Positions 55,971 through 64,000 of a stretch of 64,000 bases of DNA are shown one piece after another. The notes beneath the pieces are model-generated. The model did not search any database. It was not told where the DNA came from and worked only from the letters and a program-made list of their open reading frames with translations. Origin of the DNA: Octopus sinensis (Eukaryota). A program made the translations under genes and the position numbers. Each line of letters starts with the position of its first letter. The first letter of the stretch is position 1. The stretch is from NCBI RefSeq assembly GCF_006345805.1, contig NC_043012.1:39308001-39372000 (forward strand). Direction: 5' to 3'.

Positions 55971-56503
55971 TGCACACATACACAAGATGTAGAGAAGAGT
56001 TTTGAACCTGGGTAACCAGAAATTGAGAAAGTATGACATCCATGGGTTTTAAGTACTTTGTGCGAATTACCCCCTTTATATCTCATAACACACAAACCAA
56101 GAATATTTATATGTCCTAGCACTACCAAAGACATTGGGAAAGTTCATTGATTAGAAAATTAATTAGTTTACGGTAATTATGCAAAATAGTATACTATTTT
56201 GGTAAAATAGCAATTTACCATAAAAAATTATACAAACAAGAGAAACATTTATTTTTCTTTCAATAGTTTTTGGCTTCAGTTTGTGAAATTTTCTGAAGCT
56301 CAAATTGGACAATCTTGAGGAAGATTTGGATCTAAGAATTCTGAAGGAATCAACATTTTAGAACAAACTGCTCTTGGCAGCTTATTTTCAAAGTAATTTA
56401 TGGAAATTTAGTCAAATCCTGTGATTATATTTATTTTAGGCAATTAATAAAACACTTTCAATCATGCACTGATGCTAATATCTTTGTACGTTAATAGATA
56501 CGC

Positions 56504-56553
<50 letters not shown>

Positions 56554-56599
56554 GTGTGTGTGTGTGTGTGTGTGTAAGTGTGTGTTGTCACACTCACAT

Positions 56600-56720
56600 A
56601 CACACATATATGTATACATGCGCTGCATCTTGGGCAAGTGTCTTTAACTATAGCTCCGGGTCGACCAATGCTGTGGAAGTAGAATTCAGTAGCGGGAAAC
56701 TGACTAGAAGCCCATCGCAC
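56600..56720 (+). mobile_element. SINE-A 5' part
   Basis: CTTGGGCAAGTGTCTTTAACTATAGCTCCGGGTCGACCAA..GGAAACTGACTAGAAGCCCATCG. Confidence 0.7.
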
Positions 56721-56739
56721 ATATGTGTGTGTGTGTGTG

Positions 56740-56774
<35 letters not shown>

Positions 56775-56864
56775 TATTATTATCGCTCCACCCCCTACGG
56801 CGACCAGGTCCTGACGACCGGGAATGGTTTCGTTACGTCTCAGACGTGAAGCGGCTCGGTAAAA

Positions 56865-57488
56865 GAGACAAAATGCAAAGGCATTCTGTAAGGTAGATCA
56901 TGGCATAAGTCGTAAGCCAGAAGACCTTGGCATTGATGGTAAACTGCAAGAGTAGCTGCATGACTTCCTTGAAGACAGAGGTCACGTAGTTGCAGACAAT
57001 GGTGCCTTTCTGAGGAAACTCAAATCCCAAGTGGTGTCCCCCAAGGATCTCTTCGGAGGCCATTACTGTTCATAATAGCTCTCTTAGACATGCCCACGGT
57101 GATTGAGACAGCCACTGACACTAGCTATGCCGATGATACCAAATTATCAAAGTCAATAAAAAAACCAAGATTACGTCGCAAGCTTACAGTGGAAGCTGAA
57201 TTCGATATATAGGTGGGCTGAAATAAACTACATGCAGCTTAATGCTGAAAAATCAAGCACTGCACTATCAACTCACGAATGCAATACAGCCTGCATACAC
57301 AGGACCGAAAGGCACCACAATCCCAGATTCATAAGCAGTGAATGACTTGGGGATGACTATGTGCAATGCCGCTCCATTTTATATGCACATTCCTAAGATG
57401 CCATCAGAATGCAGAAGAATGTGTACATATATATATGTATGTATAATATATATATATATATTATATATATATATATATATATAATATA

Positions 57489-57558
<70 letters not shown>

Positions 57559-57820
57559 TATACCCTTTATTGCCCCACCACAGAACATCAGGGATATGCG
57601 AAATATAAACACTGAAGTCTTCAAAAAACATCTAGATAGTTTTTATCTGCAAAACCGGATGAACCGACATCGTGGCAGGGGGCAAACAAAGAAGAGCGAC
57701 AACGTCTAACTCGCTACTTTACCGGAAGCAATACTGGAAAAATCCCCGGATGCAGTACAGGCGGTGCACCAGCATGGCCTCAGCCTCTGGCTAAAACTCG
57801 GAAAAGATAAAAGAAAGATA
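56865..57820 (+). mobile_element. Decayed CR1-clade LINE: RT fragment, (TA)n interruption, C-terminus and 3' UTR
   Basis: AKAFCKVDHG..SGVPQGS..PLLF..YADDTKL; FKKHLDS..PDEP..RRATTSNSL. Confidence 0.85.
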
Positions 57821-58959
57821 TGCATACACACACATATACACACATATGTATCTATATACATACACACATATCTATCTTTATATATATATTTATATATATA
57901 TATACACACACATATATTTATATATATAAATACACACACACATATATATATACATATATACATTTATATTCAAACCCGCATGTATATATACATAATTATA
58001 CGTATATATGTATTTATATATATATGAATGTATATATGTATATACATACATATGTATGCATTTATATGTATGTGTCATATATATATATATATATTATATA
58101 TATATATATATACACATACACATACACACACACACATATATATATATATACATATATACACATACATATATATATAATATACATACATATGTATATATTT
58201 ATATGTGAGTGTGTTATATATATATGTGTGTTTGTGTGTGTGTATACATACTTATCTTTTTATATGTGATTGAGTGTCATATAATATATGTGATTGTGTG
58301 TCATATATGTGTGTGTGTGTGGATGTATGTATGTATAGAAATAATCGATAATTCTCGCACAGACAAATCTCTCTTCGAACTTATTGAACCGCGTGAGAAA
58401 GACTTCAATATGCAAATTAAGTGTCAGTCTACAGAGGCGAAATGAATAATTCCTTTCGTGCAGAGATGTAATTACACGAATCCAACTATTTATCTCCAAA
58501 GTGTATAACGTATATTCATTTAAATAATGTATACACTTACAGCGAATGTTTTAGCCGAATATGAATTTCTTCCTTTTTAGCTTGCCGATGTCTTCTATTC
58601 TTTCATTCTTGAACTATAGCGTCGCTGTTTCTAGAGAATACTTAGTTCTAGCAGCATTATTGAACTTTAGCGTCGTTATTTACAGGGTATGAGCTAAATT
58701 TCATAGCATTTTTCTTTACTTTTTCCCAGTAATAGCTTAATGAATGAGTGATCAGCCAACCACTGTGGAGAACATAAAAGTTAACTTTGGGGCTGAAAAA
58801 AAAAAAATTATCTGACATGGAAGACTGGAGATCATTTGAATTTTAGAAAAGAGTTAACTGTACAATAAATGATTCGTGTCGGGTATCGAAATACCCAGAC
58901 CATGCCTAATGTTCAATGATCTGTGAAAACTGTAAAGGCTATAAGATGTGACATGAAAT

Positions 58960-59330
58960 GTTGCAACGCAAACTAGGAAGTGGTGGCCAGCAGGAAGGGA
59001 TGAAGGTGTTCTGACTGCATACGCACATCTGGAATTATACTCACACCCTCGGACAGTGCCTTAGGCTCAATTCAGACGGATACGTGAAGCTGCTGGAGAT
59101 TGTGATGAATCGCTGGCTGGAGAGGATTGTTGCCTGGTGGTCATATGTGTGGCAGCAAGATTTGCTCTGGTTCATAGAACTAGAAAGAGTCAAAGGTGGT
59201 ATTCAGAGAATTTCTACGACTTCATCAAGCCCAATTTCTGTTCTCTTAATTCCCCCCCCCCATTTGTGAGAGCGTTGAAGTTTGGGGTTTGTGTAATCGA
59301 CTGCCTTCCTCAAAATTGCTGACCTTGTGT
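58960..59330 (+). mobile_element. maT/DD37D-type Tc1/mariner transposase fragment
   Basis: LRLNSDGYVKLLEIVMNRWLERIV..YVWQQD..RTRKSQRWYSENFYDFIKPNF..LNSP. Confidence 0.65.
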
Positions 59331-59334
59331 GAAT

Positions 59335-59400
59335 ATTTGAAACTATAATTAGTAGTAGTAGTAGTAGTAGTAGTAGTACTAGTATAGTAGTAGTAGTAGA

Positions 59401-59455
<55 letters not shown>

Positions 59456-59550
59456 GTAGAAGAAGTAGTATTAGTAGTAGTAGTAGTACTAGTATTAGTA
59501 GTAGTAGTAGAAGAAGTAGTATAGTAGTAGTAGTAGTAGTAGTAGTATAC
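59335..59550. repeat. (AGT)n microsatellite
   Basis: Direct reading. Confidence 0.95.
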
Positions 59551-59859
59551 TGGGTCTCTAATACCGAAAGAAAAGTATTCCGGGGAACATGTTTGTGTGT
59601 GTGTTTGGCTTTTTTCCCCTCTTAGAAAGTGGTTCCTACCTCAATCAATATACAAAGAAGAATTTGTGAAGCTGGAAATGATGTGTTTGAAATTTGAGAC
59701 TATTTAAACAACAGAACGATACATCATCCACAACAATAGCATCAGAAGCAATAAAACTATAATGAGTATGATACACACACGCACACATACACACACACAC
59801 ACAAACACAAACACACACACACACACACACATACAGATACAGGTGTTCTGTGTGTCTCA

Positions 59860-59968
59860 TCCTTTCGGAGGTCGATAAATTAAGTACCAGGTGCGTACTG
59901 GAGTCGATCTAATTGCTGGCCCCTCCCCCAAAATTTCGGGCCTTGTGCCTCGAGTAGAAACGAATATT
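59860..59968 (+). mobile_element. SINE-B 3' half (short-tail type)
   Basis: CATCCTTTCGGAGGTCGATAAATTAAGTACCAG..AAAATTTCGGGCCTTGTGCC. Confidence 0.85.
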
Positions 59969-60686
59969 ATGTAAACTCTCGAAATGTACTGTCAGCGCCT
60001 GTAGGTATTAGTAAAGGTGCATCGTTCGGCAGGCGACCATGATAGAACAAGCTACAAAATCTCCACGTGAAGAAGACGTACACCAGCTCGCAGTTATATA
60101 TAGCAACCCAGAGTATCTCACTGGTACGGCTAAAATCCATGAAGGAAATAATGTTGAATATTTCTCTGTTACAGTCTTCGCCAACATTCATTACTTTTTT
60201 GTGTTTACAACTTTCTATTGTCAATCTCTATTTTTGGCGAAGAGTATTTTCCGTTTGTTATAATTGTCTTCTACAGAAATTGTTTCCATGGCTCACCTTA
60301 TAAATACGACATTATCATAAGCATTGTCTTCATACAAACCGATATGTTACATCAATTTATATCATTATTTCTAATACCAGGTCTATTAAACGGTAGAATA
60401 GGTAGCTTTCCTGAAAAGCTGCGTGGTGGTGGTGCTTAATTACGTCTCTTATAAGTTCGTATCCCACTGGTGTCACAATTTTATTTTATAGTTCTGAGCG
60501 CCATAAAATGGCAATAAAATATTATTGTAATTTAAATCACCACAACCATGACACATCACACTTTAAGTAAAGGCAGTTGGCTGACGCTAGATTAATGGGT
60601 TCTATATAGTGTAAGCTTTTTGTTTCTGGATAAAGTACTTAGTGTCCTATGTCCACTTAGATTTTCGGAATATGTAGCTATATACA

Positions 60687-60729
<43 letters not shown>

Positions 60730-60759
60730 TCGAGTGAAGGCATAAAACGCAACCCCCTA

Positions 60760-62120
60760 TATCAGCAGCGGGGTCCGACAGCATATGCTGATTTACCCCC
60801 ACCGCATCAAGCTGGTTCCGTACCCCTTTGAACAACATCAAATTCACTCATCCGTCTACAAACACTCTCCAAGCTTTCCTATCATTTATAAACTCTCTTG
60901 CCTCTCTCACTCCAGCACCTCTGACCACTGCTCGTGTTCATACCTCCTCATTCCTAATCTCGACCATCCGTGTCACACCAAACACAGTTCTCAGACATCT
61001 CATCTCGAACACATCTACTCACCTCCTTTCCGCCTCTCTCAGCTCCCACACCTCTGCACCATATAACATTGTCGGCACACTCACGCCGTCACACACACCA
61101 ATTTTCGCTTTCATACTCAACCTTTCACAACTCCAAATATCTGACTCCCCTCCCTCATCAGCCAACATCCCCATCCGCCGTGACATGTGATCCCAGATAC
61201 CAAAACACACACACCTCCTCTAACATCTTACCATTTACACTCACATCTATCCTACCAGCCATTCCATCTCTGGAACCTCTCATCATCTTACCCTTAGCCA
61301 CATTCACTTTCAGTTTCCTCCTCTCACACACTCTTCCAAACTCTACCACCAGTCTCCTCAGTTGCTCTTCCAAATCCGCCACCAGTGCTGATGATACCTA
61401 TTTCTTTTACAACCCACAAGGGGCTAAACACAGAGAGGACAAACAAGGACAGACAAACGGATTAAGTCGGTTACATCGACCCCAGTGCGTTAATGGTACT
61501 TATTTAATCGACCCCGAAAGGGTGAAAGGCAAAGTCGACCTCGGCGGAATTTGAACTCAGAATGTAGCGGCAGATGAAATACCGCTAAGCATGTCACCCG
61601 GTGTGCTAAAGTTTCTGCCAACTCGCCGCCATACCAGTGCTGATGATACCATCAGCAAACAACAACTGACTCACCTGACGTTTCTCACCGTTTTCTCCCA
61701 CCCTTCGGGCTTCCCTACCAAGGGCTCTAGTATTTATTTCTCTCGCCACACCATCCATATATAAATTAAATAGCTACGAATACATCACGCAACCCAGTCT
61801 TAACTCCACCTTTACATCAAACCACTCACTTCACCACCCAACCTAACGCACGCCCTACTTTCTCTATAAAAAACAATGAACAGCTCTCAACAATCTACCA
61901 CAGAACCGCAACATCTGACACATTGCATCCACATCCACTCGGTCATATGCCTTCTCTAGGTCCATATGGCCCAACAGATCTCCCACCCTTTTGCCAAAAA
62001 ACTTCTCACACATCTGTCTTACTACAAATATTTGATCTGTACACCCACTTCCACTACTAAAACCACGTTGCTCCTCCCCTATTACGCTCTCTGTCTGATT
62101 CCTCACCCTAACGTCCTGGC
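60760..62120 (-). mobile_element. Second RTE-clade LINE fragment (RT and thumb), distinct from 1-1770, interrupted by a SINE
   Basis: IGEEQRGF..GCTDQIFVVRQMCEK..DLEKAYDRVD; QLLFAD; KLKVNVAKGKMM; VPTMLYGAEVW. Confidence 0.9.
61399..61632 (-). mobile_element. Full-length SINE-B with Tx1-like tail and 18-bp flanking direct repeat
   Basis: ACCAGTGCTGATGATACC at 61381-61398 and 61633-61650. Confidence 0.92.
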
Positions 62121-62256
62121 TATGACTATGAACTACATCCGGTAGTGGGACCCTTCTTAGCCAGTATTGTTCCCAGTTCTATACTGTTCGATGTAAAGGT
62201 CCCCGCAATGGGTTAACTAGCAAACCCCCTGCCATTGGTGTGTGTGTGGGGGGGGG

Positions 62257-62360
62257 GGGAGTAGAATGCAGTCGCCGTATTCCCTGTGTGGCGTAAGAGA
62301 CGACTAAATGGGGCAGGAGCGAGGGGACTGGGAATCCTCTCCTAGTAAATCCATATTCCT
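62257..62360 (+). mobile_element. RTE 5'-head-like fragment
   Basis: GTCGCCGTATTCCCTGTGTGGCGTAAGAGACGACTAAATGGGG resembles RTE 5' ends (from memory). Confidence 0.3.
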
Positions 62361-64000
62361 AAAAAAGACGATAAGATACGTAGCAATACGCTGTGTGAAG
62401 CATTAAGTCTCATTTGTAGTGTTGTTCAACATGAAAATGCTCCATATGCCTGGGAATTGTCCTATAGTCATAATTTGTAACCACAAATGCATACACACAC
62501 ACATCCTATGGGGGCACAAGGCGTTTTTGCTGCATTTTTGACTTTGAGAATATATTTTTTTTCAAATGTTCGCTATTTTACAAATACGGTTAATGCCTAG
62601 TTTAACTCCCCGTCACCAAGACAAAAAAATCCAGTCTAGCAGGTGTAAAAAAATGTGTAGAAAACGAATATCAAAAAGAAAAAAAACATTGCGCAAACGA
62701 ACGGGGGTGGGGAGGAGGAGAGCTTTCGGAAAATTCACACGATCAGATTTTTTCCCTCATAACTTTCAGGAAAATGGGCATCTTTTTGATGAAAATTTAT
62801 ACAAGTACTTTTCAAGTTGCATAGATTACAATTATAAAGAAATATGTGGAGAAAAATTATTTTCCCCGAGGGTAGAGAGAGGAGTTCCGGCAAAACGGAA
62901 TTTCGGATGAAGAAGGCAACTTAAGTTGGAATTTCTCCATTTTGACGGGGATTTTCCCATGTTTTTCATCACAACTATCGAAATGAAAGGGAGCATCATT
63001 TTATGAAAAAGCTGTTAGGAAAATATGATTTTTTAAACTCTCCTCCCCGCTTAATGATGATACAAATGGACCACACGCTGCGCCATTGGTGGCATATAAG
63101 CATCAACAAAAAAGAAAATGGTAATTTAAATTTTTAGTCGCACCTTAATTAAGCGAAGCTGTAAGTGTGAGTGTAAGAAAAAAAAAACATTTTGTAACAG
63201 AAAAATGATATTCAAAATTAATTATATTTTATATACCTATTTTTTAAAATCAGCTATTGGACCGTTTATTTTTTTTATTGTGGTAACCGGGAGGTAAAAT
63301 ATATATTAACCACAAGCACTATAGCAGCGAAGCGAATGCCCTTCCATAGACACATTAAAAACAATACGACATAAAGTGATCCCTATTTCAGAAAATTATC
63401 CCCGTTCTGTTATATAACAGACAAATTTAGCCGGGGGCCAAAATGAGTAAGTCAAGATTAAATAAATTTACACGCTTCAGTTCTTCAGAAAACAGGCTCA
63501 TACACGTAAATATCAATCCCGAGACATTAGAAAGATCAGAAATGCAAAAAAAAAAAAATTAAATAATTGAAACAAGAGAATGGCACGTATAAAATCAACG
63601 AAACTCGACTGTATCAAAACGCTTCGCATAAAATATTCTCTACACATTCTTCACGATCCGCTGGAGTGTCTTTCTTCTTGGAATATTTAGGCACCATTCA
63701 GTTAAAGAGAACAAATTACTAAAATTAATTACTCATTTTACCCCCCATGTTAGACATTTTTAAAACTTGAAAATTATCAAATCAGACATTAGTGTGAGAA
63801 AAAACTTGACTTAGAATCCTACAGAGAAAAGAATATTGATTGTTAAACAACAAAAATTTTATTAGCAACCTCAATTACAATCGGATCAAAGTTGAGGAAA
63901 TATTTTTCTTCAACAACAAAAGCTGTGCTGACCGATTTTTTACCTTTAAAGATGATGCCACAGTGCAAACACAATGATGCAACTCTTGTTCTGTAATGAT

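Noticed and set aside
62566-62910. 114-aa basic ORF
   Set aside because: Driven by A-runs; no domain and no splice context

Overview
Repeat-saturated, AT-rich eukaryotic DNA with no complete gene. The tRNA-derived SINE families, dense TA/CA/GATA microsatellites and LINE spectrum resemble octopus (coleoid cephalopod) DNA; the species is inferred, not proven. Decayed elements present: two RTE LINEs, R4/Dong REL-endonuclease LINE pieces in (TAA)n, two CR1-clade LINE 3' ends, a near-complete 4.3 kb Tx1/L1-clade LINE, Penelope-like (PLE) inverted terminal structures, mariner/Tc1/maT fragments, Helitron/Helentron-type non-autonomous elements and at least three SINE families (my labels A, B, C). Two small + strand exon candidates (9310-9358, 23959-24119) are phase-compatible and may be the 3' end of a host gene. 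Most interesting: (1) the Tx1 ORF1-ORF2 spacer looks like a 44-nt GT-AG intron containing the ORF1 stop, and its removal would fuse ORF1 in frame to ORF2; (2) this Tx1 appears to sit in (GATA)n arrays and shares its 3' tail with one SINE-B subfamily; (3) two minimal type I hammerhead ribozyme motifs with intact cores and palindromic stem III (25105-25177, 25894-25966) lie inside inverted-repeat elements; (4) a CR1 3' end matches the SINE-A tail. Most ORFs in the supplied track are microsatellite artefacts. All alignments and folds were done by eye.
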